Made by a program: the position numbers and the translations under genes
Shown: positions 42,501 to 52,400 of the stretch, piece by piece
Numbering within the stretch: the stretch's first letter is position 1
Layout: the number at the start of each line of letters is the position of its first letter
Notes under the pieces: generated by a model
The model's database searches: none
Seen by the model: only the letters and a program-made list of their open reading frames with translations
Told to the model about the DNA's origin: nothing
Source: a virus
Lineage: Duplodnaviria; Caudoviricetes
IMG/VR virus record: IMGVR_UViG_2936984999_000001
Location: 58,815-122,814 of that record
Reading direction: 5' to 3' (one strand)
DNA length: 64,000 nt

Positions 42501-45500
42501 CGCTAGAGATTCTGATGATATGATTGATAGATATAATCGAAATCAGATTTATAACGAAAACAATGCTCTTACACCGGATTCGGTTGCAAAAGCATGTCCA
42601 GACTTAAGAGTTATTAAGATTGAAGCGCCACATTTTACAAATGATAAGAAGGATTTTGTGCTAAATACTTCCATGGAATGTGTTTATGTAAATGGCGATC
42701 CAAAATTTGATAACTGGAAATTTACTAACGCCTGTCACGCTGGACAGGGCACTACCTCTAATGAATATGGTTTTGCAGCAAGAAACATTGATGTTATTTG
42801 CTGTTTTGATGGAATTCATAAGGTAAATAGTAAAATTGATCTTGATCCAAATTATAAAACAAAACTTGTTCTTGGCGATGGAACCGAATATACAGAGGGT
42901 GATGGTAAGATATCTCTTACTCGAAACTCCGTTCCTAATAACTGGCTGAATTTTAAAGTAAATGTGGCTTCTTCTGAAATGGCAAATAACGCACTTCTTC
43001 AGAAAAGATATAATGATTATCTGCCATATTCTACTCCTGCATCTCGTAGGGATAAAAAGATTAAAAACTCAATGGAGTTTGTAAACTGTATTATTTTTGT
43101 AAAAGAGAGTGATCCGGATATTTCTACTCATAGAGAGTTTAATGATACAGAATGGCACTTCTACTCTCTTGCCAATATGGGTGATTCAAAAAAAACTGAT
43201 GTAACAAGAGCTTATGACCCAGATGATATGAACGAATGCTGTATTGAAATTAGCGATAATACACTTCCAAACTCTGTATTCCAAACCGGTGTAACAAATT
43301 CAGATGGTTCAATGAAATATCCTATTTCTAAAGATGAATGGAAAGCTGGTAATACAGCATACGACAATCTTTATAATAACTGGGATGGATCATTTGAATT
43401 TAGATATGACTGTTGTGGAGATTCAAAGGATGGTTCTGCGATTTCTAGTGATGAAGCAAAAGAAAAGATTCGTAAACAAAATAAACAAAATTGGAGAGAC
43501 TTCTATGAATTTGTAATTACATCTTCTAATGAAGATTTTGTAGCTCATTTAGGCGATTGGTGCATTGTCAATTCGGTGTTGTATTTATACCTCTTCACAC
43601 TTAGATATACAATGATTGACAATCGTTCAAAAAATGTATTCCCACATTGGGCAAAACATTATATTAGCAATGAAGAAGCTTCTACCCTTGGTGATAAAGC
43701 TAAGTATTACACTATAGATGATACGGCAGCTGCTATCCACAATGGATATAGATATGACTTGTGGGATTACGACAACGACACAGGAATTGGAATTAATAAC
43801 AGTGGCGAGCTTACTATGTCTTATGGCAAAGAAGATACCGATTATAAGACAGATGGAGATCCAAGTTCTGGATACATCTTTAACGCTGCAGAATCTGTAT
43901 TATGGTGTAGAATTCGTGATTTAATGCCAAAGCAACTTACATCATTATATCAGTCTGTAGATTCAAACTGTTGGAGTGATACTCATCTTATTAAGGAATT
44001 CGATGCTTGGCAGAATCAATTTCCAGAAGAATTATGGAGAATCCATTACGAAAGATTATATCTTCGTACATATCAAGGTGTTATCTTTCCAGGAAAAACT
44101 GAAGTAACAAAGTCAGACAGATTCCTTAAAGAAATGATGAACGGACGTAAAAAATATCAGCGTAGACAGTGGGAACGTGATCAACATGCATATATGGGAA
44201 CAAAATTCCTTCATACTGATGTTAAGTCTGATCAGATTATGTTCCGTTGTAATACTCCTAAGACAGCTGTTGTAAAACCAGATTATACATTAAGAATTGT
44301 TCCATACTCAGACATGTATATTTCTGTACTTTATGGTAATTCACCGGAAACAACTCAGATTCGTGCAAAAGCAGGTCAGGAATATGAAATTACAACTAAC
44401 TTAACTAATATGGATGATACTGCCATTCTTATCTATTGCGCATCAAGAATCCAGGCACTTAATGATTTATCTGCTTGTTATATCCATGATAATGATTTCT
44501 CTAAAGCATCGAAGCTTAAAACTCTTATTATTGGTAATGAAACAAATGGCTATCAGAATACGTTCTTAACGGCTCTCAATATGGGTAATAATACACTTCT
44601 TGAAACTCTTAATATTAAGAATTGTCCAAACTTAACAGGATCTGTAAATCTTTCTGCATGTGAGAATCTTATTAATCTTTACGCACAGAATACTGCTATT
44701 ACTTCTTTCCTGCTTGCTAATCACGGTAAGATTAAGAATGCATATTTACCTGCAACAATTAATACTCTTACGTTTAAAAATCTGAAAGACCTTACAAATC
44801 TTAATGTAGCATCTTATGATAATCTGCAGACATTTGTTTGCCAGAATTCTATTGTGGATGCACTTGAAATTATAAAAACTGCTATTTCGACACTTAAGAC
44901 CGTAAGTATTACAGGTATTGACTGGAATCTTGAAAATACTGATCTTTTAAAGAAATTAGCAAAGCTTGGTGGTATTGACGAAAATGGTATTACCATTGAC
45001 CAGTCTGTATTAACAGGAACTATTCACATTCCAGTTATGCGTCAACAGGAGTATAAAGACTTTGTTGGAACTGATGACGAGCCAGGTATCTGGACAAATC
45101 TTACAATCACATACGATTCTATGATTGCACAGTTTAAAGTTTCATTCTTAAATGACGATTCAAACAAAACTGTGTTAGATATTCAGTATGTTGACAAAGG
45201 CTCATGCGCTGTAGATCCTACAACTCGTCAGGATGATCCTATAGCTATACCTATAAAACAAAGTACCATTGAAAATGATTTTACATTTAAGGGATGGGAC
45301 ACTGTTCTCTCAGATAAAATCTTTGCAGATAGAGTTATCAATGCAGTTTATACAAGTACAATCAGAAATTATACCGTAAAGTATAACTCTAAAGGTTTAA
45401 CCTTACAGGAAACTGTAGCCCCATATGGAACTTATGTTAAATACGAGGGTGATACTCCTGTATACACTGCCGAGGAAGCTGCCTACAAATACAATCTATT

Positions 45501-46809
45501 TAAAGGATGGGACCAGTCCGGATATGTAAACGGTGATAAAACTGTAAACGCAGTATTTGACACTTGTGAATATGTAGACGGATACTTCAATGATAAAGAT
45601 CTCAAAGACCTGTCTCAGGTTGAGTTATATGCAATGATGAAAATGGGACTTGAGCAGAAAGTTCTGTCACTGAAAGACTCATTTGATTTTACACTTGGAG
45701 TTGACTTCCATTATAACGATATTGAGGAAGAAGAATTAATCTCTTCCACAACAGTATTTGACGGAACAAACCATATTGATACTGGAATCTCTATTATGGA
45801 TAAGGATAAGGATTTCACATTTGCGATTGACTTTGAATTTGATAACGAGAACGCAACAGGTGCTACTTTGGCACAGTGTTTCCAGGGTGATGGTTCTAAC
45901 GGATTCCGCTTATGGTATAGTCAGAGTTACAAATTCTCATGGGGAACTGATAGTGTGAATGCATCAAGCTCTGGTGGACGTGAAATTATTGTAATTCGTC
46001 ATAAGGCAGGAAGTCAAAAGCTCTATGTATACAATTCTAATATGTCTGGAAATGCAATCTCTACTGCTACTCTTCAGGCAATCCGTATTCCCGAAATCAC
46101 ATCAACTCTTGTTTTTGGATGCTCAAAGGCAGATGATGGTGCTTATGAAAACTATGCAAAAGGCAAGATCCACTGGTGTAAACTGTGGTATTCAGACCTT
46201 GGTGAAGAACAATGTTCTGACATTGCAGCATGGATTCATGAAACGATTCCAATGGAAGTAGCTAAATTTAAAGCATACTACTTATCAGATGTCGCTTCTA
46301 AGAGAGCAAATGTAACATTTATTGCTTCAAATCTTCTTGGTTCTAAGAAAGCTTATAGTAACAAGTCTACAAATACCGGTGGATGGGCAGAATCTACGCT
46401 TAATACGTGGATGAACACTCGTATAACGAAAGCTATACCACCACTCTGGAAAGCACTGATTAAGCCTGTTAAAGTTAGTTCTTCTATTGGAAATAAATCG
46501 AATACAATATCAACATCTAACTGTCGTTTTTATGTACCAGCACTATATGATATTGATGCTTCTGCAGGAAGTGATCCGTATAGTTCTGAAACAAATGCAA
46601 CAATTCAATATTATGTTGATAACGATTCAAGAAAGAAGGCAAGAACTTCAAGTCCAGATGTTTATGAGTCTTACTGGACTAGATCACCAAATGCCCAGGT
46701 ATCTAACTGGATTTACTCTATAAATGAACAAGGTGATACATACGGATACTCTTATCCTGGACAGGAAATGGGTGTCTTAATGATGTTTAGCATTACATGT
46801 GAGGGGTAG
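39538..46809 (+). CDS. Giant multidomain tail protein (BppU-like N-terminus, CotH-kinase-like region, LRR, InlB-B-like repeats, DUF6273-like end)
   Basis: MIDNRSKN/WDYDNDT; LETLNIKNCPNL LRRs; FKGWD repeats; YWTRSP..GV C-terminus. Confidence 0.65.
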   Translation: MSFKDSKAQILANSASDDSDISTMEADLATTAVVDDGYVLCTDGRYVIYDEYYDNSYSTVDKLKNVTVDSSQINIVQETNSQYIPFRIPRYWDGIDLMKMLIQIRYENVSTKKGQVSTAVNVASSTTNITFGWLVDQNVTAISGDVRFEIMATGSNEKGNTYVWRTRPNGRLTVLEGLNYDGIVEPSDDWYTGFVTTIMGHVNEAKEYADQAKASAASVDVNTIKVDVKKSVTADVNANLAENYYNKTEIDTKVRELNDAIGGIDSLKNLKVDYDNTTGRLVFKDGTVILKTITINSLSNLNVTYAVEGGKGKLIFKNGETEIQSVELSSIEPSAQWTAAFKEDINTGVDAKISPVSEKVNAVESSVTDLSKKVETNTSDITSLKKKTTELEKADEVIRSTASEAKNTADILKQNVADYDSQFNTINGDITNIQADIDEIKKNPAASEYDVDYVGSTFSWMKNGEVLKTFTIQSGGGGGSDTSTITIERVTPADAIFLLGDKAEIEYTFSSVDNTGDTTGDGTAIWKVGNTIVSTTTASQGTNKVDLTEHLSVGSNQIRVSITDSFGTMSYKTWTVTIVEFKLESTFDDTLIYTDTDVVFRYTPYGNVNKTIHFILDGQELDSVTTQASGRIMSYNISKQEHGAHFLKVYMTATVNNKDITSSTIYKDIVCVDPANRTPIIGCSQQEFTAKQYQATSIKYVVYDPAHNPATVKLSIDGKTVSTLTVDRTAQVWSFKSSEIGQKNLTISCQKITKILTAHIEKLDIDVNPITTNLAFDFNPVGLSNGDENRLWSDKNHPEVALTVSDNFDWDNGGYQIDDEGNQYFCVKAGTTASISYNLFAKDPKQTGAEFKIIFKTKNVRNASATFLSCLDGLADSNIGLEMKVHEANIYTSTDDLYFPYSEEDIIEYEYNINSIDTKSTTATSIIMTYEDGVGGRPIIYDNSHRLHQYTPAPISIGSPDCDVLIYRIKAYSAALTDSDVLSNFIADARDSDDMIDRYNRNQIYNENNALTPDSVAKACPDLRVIKIEAPHFTNDKKDFVLNTSMECVYVNGDPKFDNWKFTNACHAGQGTTSNEYGFAARNIDVICCFDGIHKVNSKIDLDPNYKTKLVLGDGTEYTEGDGKISLTRNSVPNNWLNFKVNVASSEMANNALLQKRYNDYLPYSTPASRRDKKIKNSMEFVNCIIFVKESDPDISTHREFNDTEWHFYSLANMGDSKKTDVTRAYDPDDMNECCIEISDNTLPNSVFQTGVTNSDGSMKYPISKDEWKAGNTAYDNLYNNWDGSFEFRYDCCGDSKDGSAISSDEAKEKIRKQNKQNWRDFYEFVITSSNEDFVAHLGDWCIVNSVLYLYLFTLRYTMIDNRSKNVFPHWAKHYISNEEASTLGDKAKYYTIDDTAAAIHNGYRYDLWDYDNDTGIGINNSGELTMSYGKEDTDYKTDGDPSSGYIFNAAESVLWCRIRDLMPKQLTSLYQSVDSNCWSDTHLIKEFDAWQNQFPEELWRIHYERLYLRTYQGVIFPGKTEVTKSDRFLKEMMNGRKKYQRRQWERDQHAYMGTKFLHTDVKSDQIMFRCNTPKTAVVKPDYTLRIVPYSDMYISVLYGNSPETTQIRAKAGQEYEITTNLTNMDDTAILIYCASRIQALNDLSACYIHDNDFSKASKLKTLIIGNETNGYQNTFLTALNMGNNTLLETLNIKNCPNLTGSVNLSACENLINLYAQNTAITSFLLANHGKIKNAYLPATINTLTFKNLKDLTNLNVASYDNLQTFVCQNSIVDALEIIKTAISTLKTVSITGIDWNLENTDLLKKLAKLGGIDENGITIDQSVLTGTIHIPVMRQQEYKDFVGTDDEPGIWTNLTITYDSMIAQFKVSFLNDDSNKTVLDIQYVDKGSCAVDPTTRQDDPIAIPIKQSTIENDFTFKGWDTVLSDKIFADRVINAVYTSTIRNYTVKYNSKGLTLQETVAPYGTYVKYEGDTPVYTAEEAAYKYNLFKGWDQSGYVNGDKTVNAVFDTCEYVDGYFNDKDLKDLSQVELYAMMKMGLEQKVLSLKDSFDFTLGVDFHYNDIEEEELISSTTVFDGTNHIDTGISIMDKDKDFTFAIDFEFDNENATGATLAQCFQGDGSNGFRLWYSQSYKFSWGTDSVNASSSGGREIIVIRHKAGSQKLYVYNSNMSGNAISTATLQAIRIPEITSTLVFGCSKADDGAYENYAKGKIHWCKLWYSDLGEEQCSDIAAWIHETIPMEVAKFKAYYLSDVASKRANVTFIASNLLGSKKAYSNKSTNTGGWAESTLNTWMNTRITKAIPPLWKALIKPVKVSSSIGNKSNTISTSNCRFYVPALYDIDASAGSDPYSSETNATIQYYVDNDSRKKARTSSPDVYESYWTRSPNAQVSNWIYSINEQGDTYGYSYPGQEMGVLMMFSITCEG

Positions 46810-46849
46810 GGAAACCTACCTCTCTTTTTAATATGAAGGGAGAAATCAC

Positions 46850-47116
46850 ATGTACTACAAAGTAACTAATTCAATGACACAAGATATTGTGGATGTCATT
46901 AAGGAAATTCACTATATACAGTACCAAGAGAAACATAAAATACTGATTTTATGTGACATCAAAATTGCACAGGCTATATTGTCTTCTGACGGTAAAAAAG
47001 GCTGGCATATTGAAGGGCTGTATAATTTCCCACTTGATAACACAATATACGAAATTGATCCTATTTCACGATTAGAATACGAAGAAATAGACGCAAAATT
47101 ACACGAGGTAGATTAA
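46850..47116 (+). CDS. Hypothetical protein
   Basis: RBS GGGAG; 88 aa. Confidence 0.6.
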   Translation: MYYKVTNSMTQDIVDVIKEIHYIQYQEKHKILILCDIKIAQAILSSDGKKGWHIEGLYNFPLDNTIYEIDPISRLEYEEIDAKLHEVD

Positions 47117-47117
47117 C

Positions 47118-47972
47118 ATGGCAAAATTACCAGTATTTTTTACTGCCTCAACAAAAGCGATTGCTGAAAAAGCAATTCAGCGAGGTATCTTAAAATATCC
47201 AGGGCTTTGCTATATAGAAGACGGAAATGTAATTGCATGGATGACTGAAGATAATGAGATCAGATATACAAAAGGTGATAAACAAATTACTGACGTAAGA
47301 TTTTCTGGATCAAATCTTCAGTTTTTTAATGAAAAGAAATTACTCTTCTCTTATGATCTATCCATGACAGACGAGGACAAGGACCATATTGTTGATGAAG
47401 TAAAACGACAAATCGGGCTTGATAGTTATATAAAATCCTCAGAGCTATCTACTATATTAGATAATATTATTGGAAATCTCGAAGATAAGCAAACTGTTGT
47501 AGATTATATTAACAGTCTGTCTTATAGAAAGCTCACAGATAAACCAATTGAATATTTGATCGGATCTCTTACAGTACCGGTCACAATTTCGACTCTTGAT
47601 GATGGAATTTATAAAATCAAGGGTCAATTTATTATTGGTGGTAATAGCACCACCGTTCACTCTTCTGCAGATGAAGTGTTCTTTTTAGTTTCACATGATG
47701 AAGATACTCACGGCACATCTATTACTCAATTCCAAGGCAATTCTATACTTCTCTACTTTATCCAACAAGATGGTAATTACGTAACGGACAAATATGTAAC
47801 TGAAAAATGGGTAAATGATCAGAATTTTATGTCTGCGGATTCTGCAAAACAATTCATTCAGGAACAGCTTGAGCTGACTGTGTCAGAGCTTGTGGATAAA
47901 AAGATAGATGAAGCTTTAGATAAAAAAATCGGTGGGCTTGAATCCACTGATATTGCAAACATATTTAACTAA
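47118..47972 (+). CDS. Hypothetical tail-associated protein
   Basis: RBS GAGGT; part of the operon. Confidence 0.6.
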   Translation: MAKLPVFFTASTKAIAEKAIQRGILKYPGLCYIEDGNVIAWMTEDNEIRYTKGDKQITDVRFSGSNLQFFNEKKLLFSYDLSMTDEDKDHIVDEVKRQIGLDSYIKSSELSTILDNIIGNLEDKQTVVDYINSLSYRKLTDKPIEYLIGSLTVPVTISTLDDGIYKIKGQFIIGGNSTTVHSSADEVFFLVSHDEDTHGTSITQFQGNSILLYFIQQDGNYVTDKYVTEKWVNDQNFMSADSAKQFIQEQLELTVSELVDKKIDEALDKKIGGLESTDIANIFN

Positions 47973-47995
47973 ATTTCCAAGGAGGAACAAATATA

Positions 47996-49072
47996 ATGGC
48001 TAAATTACAATTTACGACTATTGACAATCTTCGTGAGTTTTTAACTCTTCATAATGTACAGATTGACAAAAAAATTTCCGATGCAACTGCAAATTCTATT
48101 AAAACTATATCACAGTCCGATGACGGATATATAGTTTATTTTTACACAAAACCAGCTCCAGTAACAGTAGATGAAGCTGTTTTTACTATTACTCTTCCAC
48201 GTCCACTGACAAAAGCAGATAAAGTTAAGAATGCTGTCGCAGGACATTTAGCAGGTCTTGACAAAGATGGTAACCTTGTAGATTCCGGAAAATCTGTTAC
48301 AGACTTTGATGCTGCTGGTGCTGCAGATACTGCAAAAGCAGAGGTGTTAGGTGTAGTTGGTACTATTCCAGCCGATGCAACAGCTAAGAACGTAGTTGAC
48401 TACATTAAAGAAGTTGTTACTGCCGGTGCTTACGATGACAAGCAGATTAAAGCAGACATCGCAGCAAACAAAGGAGCTATTGATACCCTGAACGGAACAG
48501 GCGATGGTTCTGTAAAGAAAGCCGTTTCCGATGCTGTAGCTAAAATCGTAGCAGAGGCTCCAGAATCTTATGATACTCTGAAAGAAATTTCTGATTGGAT
48601 CACAAATCATACATCAGATGCTGCTACAATGAACAGCCAGATTAATACAAACAAAACAGATATTGCTAATCTGAAAACTTTGATTGGTACATTACCTGAC
48701 ACAGCAACCTCTAAAGATATTGTAAGCTACATTGCTGAGTACGTATCTAAAGCTCTTGCTGATTCTGATCTCTCTCAGTATGCAACAGCTGAGGCTCTGA
48801 AGGCTTGCGTAGGTAGAGTAGATGCTATTGAGAAGAAAATTCCTACTCTTGAAGCAGCCGACACAGCTAATACAGAAGCCATTAATGGTGTTAAGACTAG
48901 AGTTGAAACCGTAGAAGGCAAAGTCAAAGCTATTGAAGATGATCTTGCAGTTGAGAAACCAAAGATTGCAAAAAATGCAACTGATATTGCAGCCTTACAA
49001 GGACTTGTTGGTGATGGTTATGAAGCTATTCCATCTGAAAAGATTCAGGCTCTTTTTAAAGTAACTGAGTAA
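47996..49072 (+). CDS. Fibre-like coiled-coil virion protein
   Basis: APESYDTLKEISDWI and GSVKK motifs typical of phage fibre shafts. Confidence 0.6.
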   Translation: MAKLQFTTIDNLREFLTLHNVQIDKKISDATANSIKTISQSDDGYIVYFYTKPAPVTVDEAVFTITLPRPLTKADKVKNAVAGHLAGLDKDGNLVDSGKSVTDFDAAGAADTAKAEVLGVVGTIPADATAKNVVDYIKEVVTAGAYDDKQIKADIAANKGAIDTLNGTGDGSVKKAVSDAVAKIVAEAPESYDTLKEISDWITNHTSDAATMNSQINTNKTDIANLKTLIGTLPDTATSKDIVSYIAEYVSKALADSDLSQYATAEALKACVGRVDAIEKKIPTLEAADTANTEAINGVKTRVETVEGKVKAIEDDLAVEKPKIAKNATDIAALQGLVGDGYEAIPSEKIQALFKVTE

Positions 49073-49124
49073 TTATTATAAAGGAGGGGAATTTCCCCTC
49101 CGTTTTTGAAAGGGCATAATGGAC

Positions 49125-49414
49125 ATGAAAACACAATTTCTTGATTATAGCGGATTAGGGGAGGCCGTAAATTTAATAAAAAATGTATTGCCGACCATAA
49201 AGAAATTCTTCCTTATGCTTCTTTAGGATCGTTCCCCTCACAAGGTATTATAGACGGAATCTATATATATACAGCTACAAATTCAATTGACCGTGGTATG
49301 CCTGTTGAAGAAATAAAGGAAATATTAGGTCACGTAAAATTAGACACTACTCTCATTTATGCAAAAGTAAGTAAGGAAAATATTAAACACGATCACAGAA
49401 AATATATAATATAA
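49125..49414 (+). pseudogene. Chimeric remnant: frameshifted tail-fibre N-terminus fused to a tyrosine recombinase C-terminus
   Basis: MKTQFLDYSGL..(frameshift)..CIADHKEILPYAS..IYIYTATNSI parallels the N-terminus of 49450; continues DRGMPVEEIKEILGHVKLDTTLIYAKV. Confidence 0.8.
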
Positions 49415-49449
49415 AAACATAAACACTTATGAAAGGGGTGATTAAAAAT

Positions 49450-52400
49450 ATGAAAGAGCAATTTCTTAATTTATCTGGATTGACAGAGCTTGTAACATAT
49501 ATAAAATTATGTATTGCACAACACAAGATGATAATCCCAAGAGCCTCTTTCAGCTTGTTTCCTAAAACTGGGGACGAAAATAATATTTACATTGATACAT
49601 CAACTAATTCAATCTATAGGTGGAATGATTCCGATAAATCGTTTGTTTTATTAGCCAGACCACCACGGAATATAAGCATATCTGAGGGTAAAAATAATGG
49701 TCAAATTACATTAAAAGTGGATGAAATTGAATCAAATGCTACTGTGCATGGTTTGAAGAGTGCAGCCTTTTCTAATGCTTCTTCTTTTGCCACATCTGCG
49801 CAGGGAGCTAAGGCAGATTCAGCAGTTCAATCTATTACAATCGCCCCTGGTACAAATAATGGTACAGTAAAAATAACCGTAAATGGTGTAACAACGGATA
49901 ATATTAAAGTCGCAGGTCTTGGATCCGCGGCTTTTTCAGATATAGCAGTATTTGCGCCAGCCAAACACACTCACAGTAAAAGTGATGTTGGACTTGGAAA
50001 CGTAGATAATACCGCAGATATAGATAAAAGTGTTAAGTACGCAGGATCTTCTGGAAGTTCTAATACTGTTGTTTATACTGCTCTTACCAACACAGATTTG
50101 AATACATTACAGACTGAAGGTAAATGGTATTATGCAGGTGGAGGTAACACTTGTACAAACGTTCCTGTTGAATCTGCTGCGTTTGAATTATATGTAGGTC
50201 GTAATGCAAGTGGATGGCGTTATCAACAATTTACTGTGACGAGTGGAGAAATTTATATTCGTGTATTTGATTCTAGTAATTGGGGTAATTGGAGAAAACT
50301 TGCATTTACAAGCGATACTGTTACTGCTGCATCATCTGTTCCTTGGAGCGGTATCACAGGAAAACCATCAACATTTGCTCCTTCAAGTCATAATCATACG
50401 ATTGCAAATATTACAGATATAGGAAAGGCTTCTGTTAATTTTGCAAATTCAGCAGGTTGTCCACAAGGATTTTCAAGCAGAACTACTACTGCTACATGGG
50501 GTAATCAAACAGGAACTGTTGTTACAGATTGGCATACTTCTAATGGTGGTGATATTGCATTTCGTGACAATAGCGGTCAATTAAACGTTGTTATTGATGG
50601 ATTCTTTTATCAGAACGAAGGTAAAAATCTAGTTCTTGATTCTGGAAACTATTCTAATTATGCCGCAACTAAGATTCATACTCACACAATTTCCAATATT
50701 ACAAATCTTCAAACAACTCTTGACGGTAAATCAAATACAAATCACACCCATGATTTAAACCAAATGATTAATACACTTACAAACGGTACGTCAGATCCAG
50801 CTGATACAGATTATTATATTGCTCAATATGCTGGTGGTGGATCAACTACCACAACTTATCATAGAAGACCACATTCTGCTTTATGGAATTATATAAAAAG
50901 TAAAGCAAATAGTGTATATCAGCCGAAGGGAAGCTATGCGGCATCCAGTCACACTCATGACGACCGGTATTATACTGAATCTGAGATTAATACGAAATTG
51001 GCTAGTAAATCAGACACCTCGCATACACATAATTATGTTGTTGGAAGCTATACTGGCAATGGTGGACAACAAAAACCAAATTATTTCGGAACAAATAAAG
51101 TTGGTTTCTTAATGATGAATACTACAGTAAATGGTGATTCTAATTATAAAGATTGGATTATCATGGATTGCTATGGTGGTAATGATGTTGGTGGTAGTGT
51201 TGCACTTGGAGTTAATAGACAAAAGCTTGCAGCATATATTATGCGATCTGCTGCTGAAAGATCTAGTTGGGCTGAAAGTGCCGAATTGCTTCATACATTA
51301 AACTATACCTCATACACCGTAACCAAGACCGGATCTGGTGCAAGCGGTACATGGGGAATAAGCATTTCTGGTAACGCCACTACTTCCACAAAGTTAGCTA
51401 CAGCACGTTCCATCAACGGTACAAATTTTGATGGTTCTGGAAACATTACTACAGCCACATGGGGAACTGCAAGAACATTAACAATTGGAAATACAGGTAA
51501 ATCTGTAAATGGCGGAGGAAACGTTTCATGGAGTCTAAGTGAAATTGGCGCTGCCGCAAGTAATCATACACATAGTTACTTACCATTAAGTGGTGGCACT
51601 ATGACTGGAAATATTTCATACAGAGGATCAAAAGCCACCTATAAAATGATTGAGTTCATAGATAATTCATCAGATGCATATGGAAATGGAATAGCCATTG
51701 GCGGAGGTGGACTTACAATTATTGGAGGTGGAGAATCTGTAGATGTAGTTAAATCCACATCTACTACAGGTGGTGACGAGCGTTTAATCCTTGCAAATGA
51801 TGGTGCAATTGATATTTATACAAACTGCCAAAATGGTATAGATAAAGCTACACATATTACAATTGACAATACAGGATTATATAGTGGTACAGCTGCAAAA
51901 GCTAATTCAGTTCCATGGTCAGGTGTAACAGGTAAACCAAGTAGTTATACACCAAGTAGTCATACGCATACCGTATCTCAAATCAGTGATTTTGGAACAC
52001 ATGTTTATGATGCTACAATTTCACGCACTGCAAATACGGTTTTAGCTGCACCAAATGGAAAGGCTGGTTCTGCTTCTTTTCGAGCATTAGTTGCTGCTGA
52101 CATTCCAAGTATTACTAAAAGTAAGATCACCGACTTCCCATCCAGTCTTCCAGCATCAGACGTTTATGCATGGGCTAAAGCTTCATCTAAACCAAGTTAT
52201 TCATGGGGAGAAATTACAGGGAAACCATCAACATTTGCTCCGAGTAGTCATAATCATAGTTATTTAACGTTATATGGTAGTCGTCCTGCAAATATTAATT
52301 TTAGCACATCAACAAACGGAGCTGGTGCAATGTTTCATTTTGTAGCAACATCATCTACCAAGACAGGTAAGCCACCAGAAGATTCAAATGTTCTTCAAAT

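Noticed and set aside
46660-46809. Diversity-generating retroelement target (YWTRSP..GV lectin-like end)
   Set aside because: No template repeat or reverse transcriptase seen in the window
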